A stretch of DNA of 33,537 nt from Promethearchaeota archaeon (GTDB lineage Archaea; Asgardarchaeota; Lokiarchaeia; Sigyniarchaeales; SOKP01). Shown here in pieces: positions 1 through 10,206 of the stretch. Position 1 is the first letter of the stretch, and each line of letters begins with the position of its first letter. The stretch lies in assembly GCA_016839585.1 (NCBI GenBank), contig JAEOTZ010000060.1, positions 1 through 33,537 of the forward strand, read 5' to 3'. A model generated the notes under the pieces. It did not search any database. It was given only the letters and a program-made list of their open reading frames with translations, and had not been told where the DNA came from. A program made the position numbers and the translations under genes.

Positions 1-85
1 AGTTTTAAAAAAATATCAATAACAAATATTAATATTATTAAACATTCTCCTTTCTTAATAGATTTTAATTACTAATCATTTTAAT

Positions 86-1525
86 ATGAAAGTTTACAAT
101 AGTTTAACGTTTAAAAAAGAAGAATTTAAGACTATAACACCCCAAGAGGTTAAAATGTATGTTTGTGGAATCACTGCTTATGATTCAGCACATTTAGGGC
201 ATTTAAAATCAGCTATCTCATTTGATATAATCCATAGATACCTAAAATTTAAAGGATTTAAGGTAAATATAGTTAAGAATTACACTGATATTGATGATAA
301 AATAATAAATCGATCAAATGAGTTGGGTATTGATTTTAAAGAATTAAGTGAGAAATATATAGGAGAATATGAAGAATTTATGGAGATAATAAATGTAGAA
401 AAAGAGACAAGAAATCCGCGAGCTACTGAAGTTATACCCTTTATTATTAATTTTATCAAAGAACTAATTAAAAAAGGTCATGCATATGAAAGAAATGGTT
501 CTGTTTATTTTTCTGTTAAATCTTTTCCAAAATATAAAACCATCTTTCAAAACATAAAACTAGAAGATTTAGAAGATGAGGAGGAAGATTATCTTGAAGA
601 TCAAGATACAATTGGAGAAGATAAAATCGATCCTCGAGATTTTGCCTTATGGAAAAAGATGAAAGAAGGAGAGCCTTATTGGGAAAGCCCCTGGGGCAAA
701 GGGAGACCTGGGTGGCATATAGAGTGTTCAGCAATGGTGCTACAATACTTAGGAGATACAATCGACATCCATGGGGGAGGACAAGACTTAAAGTTTCCAC
801 ATCATAGAAATGAAATTGCTCAATCAGAATCATATACAGGGAAACCCTTTGCGAACTATTTTATTCATAATGGATTTGTGAATGTTGATAATGAAAAAAT
901 GTCAAAAAGCCTTGGAAATTTCTTTTTAGTCTCAGATTTATTAAAGCAATATGATCCAATGGTTATCCGATTTTTTTTGATTTCAAGTCATTATAGAAGC
1001 TCAATAAATTATTCACTTGAAAATTTAAAACAAGCAGAGAAAAATTATAATAAATTAATAAACATAATTAAAAAAATAAATGATTTAACTACTGTTAGCA
1101 AGAGCTCTAAAGAATTTAAGAAATTAATTTCTCAAATTGATAAAGCAGCATCGAACATTATAAAGGCTATGGATGATGATTTTGATACACCAGTAGCGAT
1201 CGCAGAAATTATGTCGTTAATTAGAGAGCTCAATAAAGCTATTTTAGAGCAAAAAGTAGAAATCACAGAGGAATTTAAAGATCGATTTTTTAAATTTATT
1301 GAAAATATAGATTTAATTTTTGGATTTTTCCCAACTTTAAAGAAAGAACTTAAATCAGGTGTAATGGGTACTACTGATGAGAAGGATAAATTAGTAAAAG
1401 ATTTAATCGAGATAATATCTGCCATTAGGACTCAATTAAGAAAGAGAAATATTTATGATCTAAGTGATAAAATTCGAGAAAAACTTAGAGAACTCGGGAT
1501 AAATATTGAAGATCCAAAAATCTAA
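86..1525 (+). CDS. cysS: Cysteinyl-tRNA synthetase
   Basis: [14 protein letters not shown] (HIGH-like), [26 protein letters not shown] and KMSKSLGN motifs of class I CysRS. Confidence 0.97.
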   Translation: MKVYNSLTFKKEEFKTITPQEVKMYVCGITAYDSAHLGHLKSAISFDIIHRYLKFKGFKVNIVKNYTDIDDKIINRSNELGIDFKELSEKYIGEYEEFMEIINVEKETRNPRATEVIPFIINFIKELIKKGHAYERNGSVYFSVKSFPKYKTIFQNIKLEDLEDEEEDYLEDQDTIGEDKIDPRDFALWKKMKEGEPYWESPWGKGRPGWHIECSAMVLQYLGDTIDIHGGGQDLKFPHHRNEIAQSESYTGKPFANYFIHNGFVNVDNEKMSKSLGNFFLVSDLLKQYDPMVIRFFLISSHYRSSINYSLENLKQAEKNYNKLINIIKKINDLTTVSKSSKEFKKLISQIDKAASNIIKAMDDDFDTPVAIAEIMSLIRELNKAILEQKVEITEEFKDRFFKFIENIDLIFGFFPTLKKELKSGVMGTTDEKDKLVKDLIEIISAIRTQLRKRNIYDLSDKIREKLRELGINIEDPKI

Positions 1526-1540
1526 TAATCTATTTCAAAA

Positions 1541-1834
1541 TTATCTTTCTGTATATCCAACAAAACCAGCAATTAATACTAAAATTCCTCCTATTGTACT
1601 AATATAGATAATCATTACTACTCCCAAAACTACATAGACAATCCAATTCATAGGAATTGGTTTATTAGGGCTAATTACACTTAATAATATTATCACTGCT
1701 AGAATAATTCCTATTATTAAGGTAATTACTTTAACATTTTCCAATCTTTTATCTCCAAAACCCAAAATAGCCTCAATTAAAGTTATTACACCACCAAGTC
1801 CAGCTAAAAGTCTCATTAATTCCTCATTTCTCAT
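1541..1834 (-). CDS. Small hydrophobic membrane protein (about 3-4 TM), unknown function
   Basis: 97-aa ORF made almost entirely of hydrophobic helices; fills the gap after cysS; ATG start. Confidence 0.75.
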   Translation of the reverse strand: MRNEELMRLLAGLGGVITLIEAILGFGDKRLENVKVITLIIGIILAVIILLSVISPNKPIPMNWIVYVVLGVVMIIYISTIGGILVLIAGFVGYTER

Positions 1835-2045
1835 TTTAATTACCGTGATTGTTATTATTTATTTTTAATTTAATTTTTGAAGCATATTAATTTTTTTTTA
1901 TTTTTCCCATGAATAAATCCAAGAAAAATTGGACTCCCGATCTCTTTTAATTTTCTGATTATATTATAGATTAGAATATAATATATCAATATTAAAAATT
2001 AAAAGATATCAAACTTAAAAGTATAAGATAAATAAGGTGGAAATA

Positions 2046-2744
2046 ATGGCAGAATTTAAAGATTATGTTTGGCTATTCCCATTTATTGGTGCCATCCTGG
2101 TTGCAATTGGTCTTTTTACTCCTGCTGTGATATATCATATTACAGGATATCCAATAACCGAACTTTATTGGATGAATGGTGTTGTTGTAACGACAGGTGG
2201 ATTAGATGGCCCTGATGTTCAATTTGTTGATAGCCTAGGAATACTGATTCCTGGAATTATAAGTTTAATATTGTTAACAATTTGTACAATCACAATGTTC
2301 GTATCAGCTCTTACTCATAGGGGAAAAGAAACACCTGGTTCATGGATTGCCTTAGGCATTCTTCTAATTGGAGGGGCAATTTATTTTATAGCAGGAACAG
2401 CAGTAGGTTTTGCAATAAACAGGATGATAGAGCTTGATATTACAGAATGGGTTAGATTTTGGGACCACCGTACCCCTGGTTTCGCAGTTATTGCTCCTTT
2501 TATAGGGGGTGGATTGGCGCTTTTAGGAGCAATTTTAGGTAAAACGATTGGTAGCCAAGAAGGTATTAGTAAACCAAAAGCTGTTCCTCAAGTAGAGAAA
2601 CTAATTCCTGTAGTAGAAACTCCTTCTCTCACTCCAAATCCTGCTGTTGAAGAAGTTAAGGTTGTTCGCTTTTGTCCTGAATGTGGTACAAAAATTGAAC
2701 AAGAGCGTAGCGCATTTTGTTCAGTTTGTGGCTTTAAATTTTAA
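2046..2744 (+). CDS. 4-TM membrane protein with Pro-rich linker and C-terminal zinc ribbon
   Basis: Four hydrophobic segments, then CPECG-x10-CSVCG. Start moved to ATG 2046 because the GTG at 2037 lies within an SD-like AGGTGG. Confidence 0.85.
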   Translation: MAEFKDYVWLFPFIGAILVAIGLFTPAVIYHITGYPITELYWMNGVVVTTGGLDGPDVQFVDSLGILIPGIISLILLTICTITMFVSALTHRGKETPGSWIALGILLIGGAIYFIAGTAVGFAINRMIELDITEWVRFWDHRTPGFAVIAPFIGGGLALLGAILGKTIGSQEGISKPKAVPQVEKLIPVVETPSLTPNPAVEEVKVVRFCPECGTKIEQERSAFCSVCGFKF

Positions 2745-2752
2745 TCTTAACA

Positions 2753-2772
2753 TTTTTTTTATTTTATTTTTT
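2753..2772 (+). terminator. Oligo-T archaeal-type terminator candidate
   Basis: T8 and further T tracts immediately after the stop at 2744. Confidence 0.4.
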
Positions 2773-2957
2773 GAAAATAATATTATAGAGAACTAGGAAT
2801 TTTTAGTTTTAATCAAAAGCTCAGTTAAATGAATTCTAAAAGAAAATAATATAAATAATTTAGAAGTGAGAAAAGTGAAGAAGGGACCTGTTTGTTATAT
2901 TTATTATGCTATAAAGTATTCTAAATATAAAAAGAGAAAATTGTTTTTGAAATTTGG

Positions 2958-4685
2958 TTATAGCTTTCCGTTAACTACTATTTCTTTCGGTGCATATTCA
3001 TCTTGTATGGCGTAATTGTTAAAATTGATACTGTAATGATTTCGCCAATGAAGTTTAACTTCTTCTAACATTGCGTTATAAACGCTTTCTTTTATCTTTC
3101 CTTCAGCTCGAATTAAGGTACCCATTGGAGTAGCTACTATTTCACCATCTTTTACGACGATTTGTCCATCCTTTATAGTGTACATTGCTGATGAAAATGC
3201 TTTTTCAACATCATGTCCAGTATATTTTTCCGGATTTAAATTGTAAATGGCCACATCACCAATTGCACCATTACCTAAATGCCCTCTGTCCGTAAGACCT
3301 AATATTTTAGCATTCCCACTACGGGTAACTATGCATAACTCATTTAATGTATATTCCCTGTCTATATCTGGTAATGTTGTTGCTGTACTAGCCTTTTGTG
3401 AAATATTTTCTAACATCTCCTTCCGTGCCTTGCGATCCACCAACCATTTAAATACTTGCGGATAAGTTGTGAAAGGAGCACCGTTAGGATGGTCTGTTGT
3501 TATTGCTATCTGATATGGATTTTTAACTAAAAGCAATAATTCAAGGCCTATAGCCCATTGTACAGCATTAACTCCAACTTTTGGAGAAAAGAAATATGGT
3601 ACAATTCCTGATCCCGATTCTGCTTCAACCTGTCCATTTATCCACTTAACTCCTGGTTTATTTCCCCATGCACTCGTGCCTCCCAAGTGATGTAGTGCGA
3701 ATTCCCAAGGCCCGTCTCCGGTCATGGTAGTTGTAGCATATTTAGTGAAAACAACTTGACCTGCATCAATTGTTATATGCTTATTTAAGTTTATATATTC
3801 AGCTATTTGAGAAGCACCTGATTCAAAATCTCTCCAGCTTGTTCCAGCATAGGCATTAAATTGAACATGAGTACAATGAAAGTTTGTTTTTCTTCCAACT
3901 GAACTTTTAGGTTTAATATTTTTTGTTAATTCAAAAGTTTCAAGTGAGTGTTTAAAATTTCCTGGATGTCCAAGATTATTACAATGGACATGAATTGAAT
4001 GGGGTAATTCTAACATTTCATTCGCTTTTGCTAAACTTTCAACAATATTTCTAGGAGAAACTCCCCAGTGAAAAACCTCATCATCTATTGAGTTAACATT
4101 TTTGCCCCAAGCCCAGTTTTCCACTCCACCTGGATTAACTAGTTTAATTGCAAAACCTTTTGTAGCTTTTAAGATCCATGCAACATAAGCTGCCAATTTC
4201 TCTATCTCACCATTTTTAACGTATTCCATTACAAACCAGTTGTTTCCAAAAAGAGGAAAAGCCAATTTATCTATAATAGGGGTTTCTAAAAATTCTTCAT
4301 GGGTATGTCGCGCTTCGAGTAAGGGCATTGCAGGTTCTGCTACAGTTGTGAATCCTAATTGGGCATATTTATATCCAGTGAGCCATGTGGATGGAACAGA
4401 GAACCCTGTTCCACTTCGAGTTAATTTAGTCCTTTTCATAGTTGCTTCGAAATGTTTATCTTCAGGGCGCATTGATCGACCGGCATTAACTTTCGCGCCG
4501 GCAATGTGAGAATGAAGATCGACTCCACCCGGCATAACAATCATACCGGAAGCATCAATAACTTTAGCATCACTATTAACTTTATCAACAATAACACCAT
4601 CTTTAATATGGATTTCTTTCTTCTCGCCATCAATGTTATTTAAAGGGTCATAAACTAAACCATTTTTTATTATTAAATTACTCAT
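2958..4685 (-). CDS. fwdA: Formylmethanofuran dehydrogenase subunit A (amidohydrolase subunit)
   Basis: PGGVDLHSHIAG, GFAIKLVNPGG, HSIHVHCNNLG, THVQF and TTDHPNG motifs; 575 aa. Confidence 0.95.
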   Translation of the reverse strand: MSNLIIKNGLVYDPLNNIDGEKKEIHIKDGVIVDKVNSDAKVIDASGMIVMPGGVDLHSHIAGAKVNAGRSMRPEDKHFEATMKRTKLTRSGTGFSVPSTWLTGYKYAQLGFTTVAEPAMPLLEARHTHEEFLETPIIDKLAFPLFGNNWFVMEYVKNGEIEKLAAYVAWILKATKGFAIKLVNPGGVENWAWGKNVNSIDDEVFHWGVSPRNIVESLAKANEMLELPHSIHVHCNNLGHPGNFKHSLETFELTKNIKPKSSVGRKTNFHCTHVQFNAYAGTSWRDFESGASQIAEYINLNKHITIDAGQVVFTKYATTTMTGDGPWEFALHHLGGTSAWGNKPGVKWINGQVEAESGSGIVPYFFSPKVGVNAVQWAIGLELLLLVKNPYQIAITTDHPNGAPFTTYPQVFKWLVDRKARKEMLENISQKASTATTLPDIDREYTLNELCIVTRSGNAKILGLTDRGHLGNGAIGDVAIYNLNPEKYTGHDVEKAFSSAMYTIKDGQIVVKDGEIVATPMGTLIRAEGKIKESVYNAMLEEVKLHWRNHYSINFNNYAIQDEYAPKEIVVNGKL

Positions 4686-4889
4686 CGTAAATTTCCTTAA
4701 CTATAGTTGCAGTTTCAATAAATCTAAAATTAATATTTAATTTTGAAATAGTCCTAATACTTTTAAAAATCTATTATTTTTATAAAGATTTATTATTAAT
4801 TTATATAAGGGAATTTGTTTATTCATTTTAAAACCTTATTTTAATAAAAAATTAATTAAATTTGTTAGAATAAAATATAAGGGAATATC

Positions 4890-5738
4890 ATGAACGTAAA
4901 AGAATTATATCAGAAACTCGATGAGGATTTTGAACTTGAACTATGTAAAGATGATTGGTCTAGAATGGATTACAATGAATATATCAGTGTCAACTTTAAA
5001 AATAGATATATGGGGGTTCTTTTAGATAATTCAATAAATATTAAGAGTGTTTATACTGCTGTTTTCCCTTCTGATCTAGTTTTAGATAAAATATTGAAAT
5101 CTGGTAAAAAAAACGTGCTTCTAGTTACCCATCACCCAATGGTTTGGGATATTAGAAAAGCTCCTCAAATTTTTACTGATATTAATCCTAAGTTTCTTCC
5201 AATACTCAAAGAAAGGCAAATATCGATTTATACTATTCATGTACCTTTGGATAAAAACAGCAAATATTCAACAACTACAAATTTAGCTAAAGTATTAGAG
5301 ATTGATATGGAAGGAGAGTTCTATGAATATTTTGGTGTAAAAGTAGGTATATATGGAAAAACAGAGCTAAGTACCGCTGAAGAATTAGCCGAAAAACTTA
5401 GAACTGTTGTTGGACATAAGATAAAATTATGGCATTATGGATCTAACAAGATAACAGATAATAAAGTAGCTTTAGTAGCAGGAGGAGGTAATGAAATTGA
5501 TATAATTCAAGAAATATTAGATTTAGGAATTAATACTTACATAACTGGCGTTACATTACTAAATGATTATTCAAAACCAACACACGATTTTGAAAAAAAC
5601 CATAAAATAAACCTAATTGGCGGTACGCATTATTCAACTGAAAAATTTGCTTGTATTGCTTTATGCGACTACTTTAAAAATGTTAATCTCCCCTGCGAAT
5701 TTATAGAAGATTTTCCTATTTTAGAGGATTCAGAGTAA
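4890..5738 (+). CDS. NIF3/YbgI-family (DUF34) dinuclear metal-binding protein
   Basis: THHP, HxPLD, VALVAGGG, YITG and HYSTE motifs. Confidence 0.85.
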   Translation: MNVKELYQKLDEDFELELCKDDWSRMDYNEYISVNFKNRYMGVLLDNSINIKSVYTAVFPSDLVLDKILKSGKKNVLLVTHHPMVWDIRKAPQIFTDINPKFLPILKERQISIYTIHVPLDKNSKYSTTTNLAKVLEIDMEGEFYEYFGVKVGIYGKTELSTAEELAEKLRTVVGHKIKLWHYGSNKITDNKVALVAGGGNEIDIIQEILDLGINTYITGVTLLNDYSKPTHDFEKNHKINLIGGTHYSTEKFACIALCDYFKNVNLPCEFIEDFPILEDSE

Positions 5739-5847
5739 AATAATTGATTAAACAAAAATATTAATAAAATATGGATTCTGCTTTAGTTTTATAAATAAAT
5801 TAGAATAATTTTAAATATAATTTTCAATTGAATGAAGGTGTTATTTT

Positions 5848-6363
5848 ATGTACATAGGAAAAATTTTAAGTATAATAGCTGGAATATTAACTCTTATCGC
5901 TACTTTTATATTTTCTTGGATTGCAATTGATTCAGGAGGAGTAATTTATTATGCTAATGGTTTTGGGATAATTAAGAATTTGCCTACTATGTTTACTGAC
6001 ACAGAAACCTTAGAAGCCGTATTAGATATACCTGCCTTCGCATTTTTTATTATTGCCGCTGTTTTTATTCTATTCTTAGCTTCAGGTGTTTTACAAATTT
6101 TAGGAGCTTACCATCGAGTACCTATAATAATTGGGACACTTGTTGTACTTTGTATTACGTCTTTACTCTTTTTGGGCAGCCTTGATATAATTAATAGAGA
6201 AGATTGGATAGTCAATATTTTAGGTACAGATGAACCCTTAATAGAGGATATTATTCCATATCAGTTACTTGATGTCAATCAACTCGATTTGGGAGTGTTT
6301 CTATTATATGCGGGTGGAATTGTAGGACTTGTTGCTGCTATTTATGGACCCTCAGAATTTTAA
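5848..6363 (+). CDS. 4-TM membrane protein, unknown function
   Basis: Four hydrophobic segments; SD-like AGGTG upstream; T-tract downstream. Confidence 0.8.
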   Translation: MYIGKILSIIAGILTLIATFIFSWIAIDSGGVIYYANGFGIIKNLPTMFTDTETLEAVLDIPAFAFFIIAAVFILFLASGVLQILGAYHRVPIIIGTLVVLCITSLLFLGSLDIINREDWIVNILGTDEPLIEDIIPYQLLDVNQLDLGVFLLYAGGIVGLVAAIYGPSEF

Positions 6364-6379
6364 TTTTATAATTTTTATC

Positions 6380-6388
6380 TTTTTTTTT
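6380..6388 (+). terminator. Oligo-T terminator candidate
   Basis: T9 run 17 nt after the stop at 6363. Confidence 0.35.
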
Positions 6389-6402
6389 AATAAAACATGA
6401 TA

Positions 6403-7071
6403 TTATTTATTTTGAGACAACTCCATTAATTTTTCAATATCTTTTTGTGTGTTGATGTTTAAAAAAGAAAGCAATTTTTTATCAAGAAGTTTAATGGTTT
6501 TTTCAATTGATACGTATTGGATTTTCCAATTTTTATCTAAAAGATTAGTTAATTTATAGGCTTTTTTTTTAAAATTTTCTTTAGCTCTTACATATGCTTC
6601 TTTTATAGGATATATAGCAAATAATGGTTCTAAGAAACCTTTGTTCCATTTAGGAATACAACAGTCAAATCCTTTAGATTCTTTTATCAAAAGTTTAACT
6701 GCTTCCTTTTGAATTAAAGGAATATCACATGATAAGGCAAATAGCTTCTTATATCCTAGTAAATTTAATTCTTTAAATGCAGAATACAATCCTAACATAG
6801 GAGAATGAATATCTTGATCTGAAAGAATTTCTTGATCATCAATAATAAAGGCTGTTACTAATTCATACTTAATTTTTTCAATATATCTGGCAACTTGTTG
6901 TTTAGAATTTGCAATTAAAAAAATATTATAATCTAATTGAGCTAAAATATCAAGTTGGTAAGAGATTAAAGGTTTTCCTTTAAATTCAAAAAGCCCCTTA
7001 TCGCTTCCAAAACGGATACTTTTTCCTCCAATTAATATAACTATTGCAAGATTCTTTTTGTTTATACTTAT
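6403..7071 (-). CDS. mobA: Molybdenum/tungsten cofactor guanylyltransferase (about 222 aa; the ORF track shows only the C-terminal 131 aa)
   Basis: Frame stays open upstream of 6798 to a TAA at 7075-7077 and encodes IVILIGGKSIRFGSDKGLFEFKGKPLI (LAGGxSxRxGxDK signature). C-terminal half has SCDIP, EPLFAIY and FLNINT. No in-frame ATG/GTG/TTG before the motif; ATA at 7071 or 7065 is the best start. Confidence 0.9.
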   Translation of the reverse strand: MSINKKNLAIVILIGGKSIRFGSDKGLFEFKGKPLISYQLDILAQLDYNIFLIANSKQQVARYIEKIKYELVTAFIIDDQEILSDQDIHSPMLGLYSAFKELNLLGYKKLFALSCDIPLIQKEAVKLLIKESKGFDCCIPKWNKGFLEPLFAIYPIKEAYVRAKENFKKKAYKLTNLLDKNWKIQYVSIEKTIKLLDKKLLSFLNINTQKDIEKLMELSQNK

Positions 7072-7188
7072 TTTTTACCACTTTTTAGTAGAAATCATTA
7101 ATAAACCATTAAACCAATAATTAAAAGTTATACATGATTTAAATTAATTGAAGATAATAAAATTGCCTTTCTTATCCTAATAATTATC

Positions 7189-8712
7189 ATGCCCATTAGA
7201 AAAAAGAATTATAAAAAGAGGCATAGCCTTCGAGAAAATTGCGCAATTTTTGGGGTTACATGCGATGATATTGGATTTTCGGTATCAAAACTTTTATATC
7301 AGGGATTAATTGCTTTACAACATAGAGGTCAAGAGTCTGCAGGGATTTCTGTGTTAAAAACTGGTGGAAATATTCATACTTATAAAAAAAACGGATTAGT
7401 ATCAAGAGTTATAAATAATCAAGTATTATCTCAATATTGGGGAAATGTTGGGATAGGTCATAATAGATATGCTACTACAGGATCTACAGGTTATAAATCA
7501 ACTGATTATATTCAGCCTTTTCACTTTAAAAACAATGAAATTGAATTCGCTATGGCTTTTAATGGTACGATTGCAAATTTTTCTGAAATTAAAAAAAGTA
7601 TGGATGAGATGGGACGTGTTTTCATAACTGATACCGATACTGAGGTACTGGCACAATTAATTGGTTCCATTGCATTAGGAACAGAAGATTGGCCAGAAGT
7701 TCTGAAATTAGCTAGTAGATTATTAGATGGTTCATACTCATTAATTCTTATGACAGATCAGGGTGATATCTATGCAATGAGAGATCCACTTGGATTTAAA
7801 CCTCTATGTATTGGGGAGTTAAAGTCTCAACAAAGAAATTTATATTTTGTCTCATCTGAATCATGTGCCATAGATGTTGTTGGAGGAAAACTTTTGAGAG
7901 ATGTAAAACCAGGAGAGATTGTACATCTAAGTCATCAAAAGGATATTCATTCAGAAATGGTAATTAACTCAAACAGAACAGCAATATGTCAATTTGAATA
8001 TGTCTACTTTGCAAGACCAGATTCCGTTATCGATGGTGTTTCAGTCGCGGAAGCAAGATTTAGGTTAGGAAAGAATTTAGCAAAAAATGATCCCATTTTA
8101 AATAATCCCGAAATAAGAGAAAACGCAATAGTAGTTCCTGTTCCGGATTCTGGAAGAAGTGTGGCTGTAGGATATGCTACAGAGTCTAAATTACCATATG
8201 CAGAAGGATTAATGAAAAATAGGTATGTACATAGAACATTTATCATGCCTGGTCAATTAAAGCGAAAAATTGCTGTAAAAGAGAAATTGAATCCTATAAA
8301 AAGTATTGTTAAAGGTAAAGATGTTATTCTTTTAGATGATTCTATTGTTAGGGGTACAACAACTCAGCAAATTGTTTCATTATTAAGAGAAAAAGGGGAA
8401 GCTAAACGTGTTCATTTACGTATAAGTTGTCCTCCTATTATTAGTCCATGCTATATGGGGATCGATTTTCCAACTAGAAATGAATTAATTGCGGGAAGAT
8501 TTCAAAATTATTATGGTGAGGCATATATAAAAGAAATTCAGAAAAAAATTGGGCCAGATACATTATTATATCAAACAATTGAGGATTTAACTAAAGCAAT
8601 TAGAAAAAGTCAAAATCAATTATGTTTGGCATGTTTAACAGGAAAATATCCAATAAAATCGGTACAAAAATTAGCAGAATTAGAAAAATCTATCGTGAGA
8701 AGTAGAACTTAA
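7189..8712 (+). CDS. purF: Amidophosphoribosyltransferase, canonical Fe-S type with propeptide
   Basis: Propeptide then Cys18 (RENCAIFG), LQHRGQESAG, GHNRYAT, CQFEYVYFARPDS, DDSIVRGTT, PCYMGID and CLAC. Confidence 0.96.
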   Translation: MPIRKKNYKKRHSLRENCAIFGVTCDDIGFSVSKLLYQGLIALQHRGQESAGISVLKTGGNIHTYKKNGLVSRVINNQVLSQYWGNVGIGHNRYATTGSTGYKSTDYIQPFHFKNNEIEFAMAFNGTIANFSEIKKSMDEMGRVFITDTDTEVLAQLIGSIALGTEDWPEVLKLASRLLDGSYSLILMTDQGDIYAMRDPLGFKPLCIGELKSQQRNLYFVSSESCAIDVVGGKLLRDVKPGEIVHLSHQKDIHSEMVINSNRTAICQFEYVYFARPDSVIDGVSVAEARFRLGKNLAKNDPILNNPEIRENAIVVPVPDSGRSVAVGYATESKLPYAEGLMKNRYVHRTFIMPGQLKRKIAVKEKLNPIKSIVKGKDVILLDDSIVRGTTTQQIVSLLREKGEAKRVHLRISCPPIISPCYMGIDFPTRNELIAGRFQNYYGEAYIKEIQKKIGPDTLLYQTIEDLTKAIRKSQNQLCLACLTGKYPIKSVQKLAELEKSIVRSRT

Positions 8713-8714
8713 CT

Positions 8715-10112
8715 TTATTCTACTCCATCCCAACAATATGTACAGATCTTCTCTTTAGGTAATCCAATAGCTTTAACTAAGTCTTCAAGTCTCTGGTATT
8801 GTAAGGTTGTCAATTGTAATTTTTTACGAATTACATTAACCATAGCCTTATATTTATCAGATTCTGGATTGGTATATTCTGCTGGATCTTCAATGTTCCT
8901 ACCAATTAACTCTTTTATAGCCCATCGTCCAGCTAAATCCAATTCAGAGTGAGACCTAGAAAAATTAAGAAATTTGCAACTATACACAAGTGGAGGACAA
9001 GCCGGCCTCATATGGACTTCCTTGGCTCCAAATCCATATAATCTTTGAATTGTCTTTCGAAGTTGAGTTCCTCTTACAATAGAATCTTCACAAAATAGCA
9101 ATCGTTTTTCTTTTATCAGTTCTTTAATAGGGATAAGCTTCATTTTAGCAACTTCGTCTCTAATCTCTTGATCTTGAGGCATGAAGCTTCTTGGCCAAGT
9201 TGGAGTATATTTTACAAATGGGCGTGAGAATGGTATTTTTGCTTCACTTGCATAACCTAATCCATGCCCCGTTCCAGAATCAGGAATACCTGCCACAAGA
9301 TCAATTTCTATATTATCGTTTTTTGACAAGTATGACCCACATTTATAACGAACAACTTCTACATTAATACCCTCATAAGTAGATGCAGGATATCCATAAT
9401 ATACCCACAAAAAACCACAAATTTGTAGTTTATCGCCAGGTGTGATTTTCTGTTTTGGACCGTTTTCACTTATAAAAATAACTTCACCTGGTCCGAGATA
9501 TTTTGTTATTTCATACCCAAGATTCGGAAATGCACAAGTTTCCATAGTAATTGCATAAGATCCAGATTTCTTCCCTAAAATGAGAGGTGTTCTCCCTAGT
9601 TTATCTCTAGCAGCATAAATTCCTTCACTTGTTAATATAAGCATGGTACAAGAACCATCAATAATATCTTGAACTTTCTGAATCCCGTCTTCAAAGGTAA
9701 TACCTTGACTAATTATCGTTGCGACCATTTCTGTAGGGTTTATTTCCCCCCCATGCATCTCTGAGAAATGAGATCCATTTTTCAGTGCGTGTTCTGCTAA
9801 TTCCTTTAAATTATTTATTTTTCCTACCGTTGTAAGGGCAAATACACCTAAATGTGAATTTATTATCAAGGGTTGATCGTCATAATCACTGATTACCCCG
9901 ATACCTTTATTCCCGTGCATCTTCGTAATATCTTTTTCAAATTTCGACCGAAATTGAGATGTGGTGATATCTTTAATGAACCTTTGAAAACCACCTGCAT
10001 TCTTTACTGCCATACCGCCTCTCCTGGTTCCTAAATGTGAATGATAATCTGTCCCGTAAAAAAGATCTTCTAAACAATCAGTATTTGAAAAAACTCCGAA
10101 GAGACCTCCCAT
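8715..10112 (-). CDS. Amidophosphoribosyltransferase paralogue lacking the N-terminal Cys nucleophile
   Basis: PurF fold (RDKLGRTPL, GIPDSG, EDSIVRGT, RPACPP, CTYC) but starts MGGLFG and has HLGTRRGG in place of HRGQE. Confidence 0.9.
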   Translation of the reverse strand: MGGLFGVFSNTDCLEDLFYGTDYHSHLGTRRGGMAVKNAGGFQRFIKDITTSQFRSKFEKDITKMHGNKGIGVISDYDDQPLIINSHLGVFALTTVGKINNLKELAEHALKNGSHFSEMHGGEINPTEMVATIISQGITFEDGIQKVQDIIDGSCTMLILTSEGIYAARDKLGRTPLILGKKSGSYAITMETCAFPNLGYEITKYLGPGEVIFISENGPKQKITPGDKLQICGFLWVYYGYPASTYEGINVEVVRYKCGSYLSKNDNIEIDLVAGIPDSGTGHGLGYASEAKIPFSRPFVKYTPTWPRSFMPQDQEIRDEVAKMKLIPIKELIKEKRLLFCEDSIVRGTQLRKTIQRLYGFGAKEVHMRPACPPLVYSCKFLNFSRSHSELDLAGRWAIKELIGRNIEDPAEYTNPESDKYKAMVNVIRKKLQLTTLQYQRLEDLVKAIGLPKEKICTYCWDGVE

Positions 10113-10206
10113 AAAAATCCACTGTATTTTTAATTTGATTTAAAACTTTTAAATAAAACTATTAATACAATATGATTTGAAAAAACTAAGAGCTATTAAG
10201 AAAAAG

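Noticed and set aside
6799-7074. mobA as a frameshifted pseudogene
   Set aside because: The frame is continuous with all motifs intact; only the start codon is atypical
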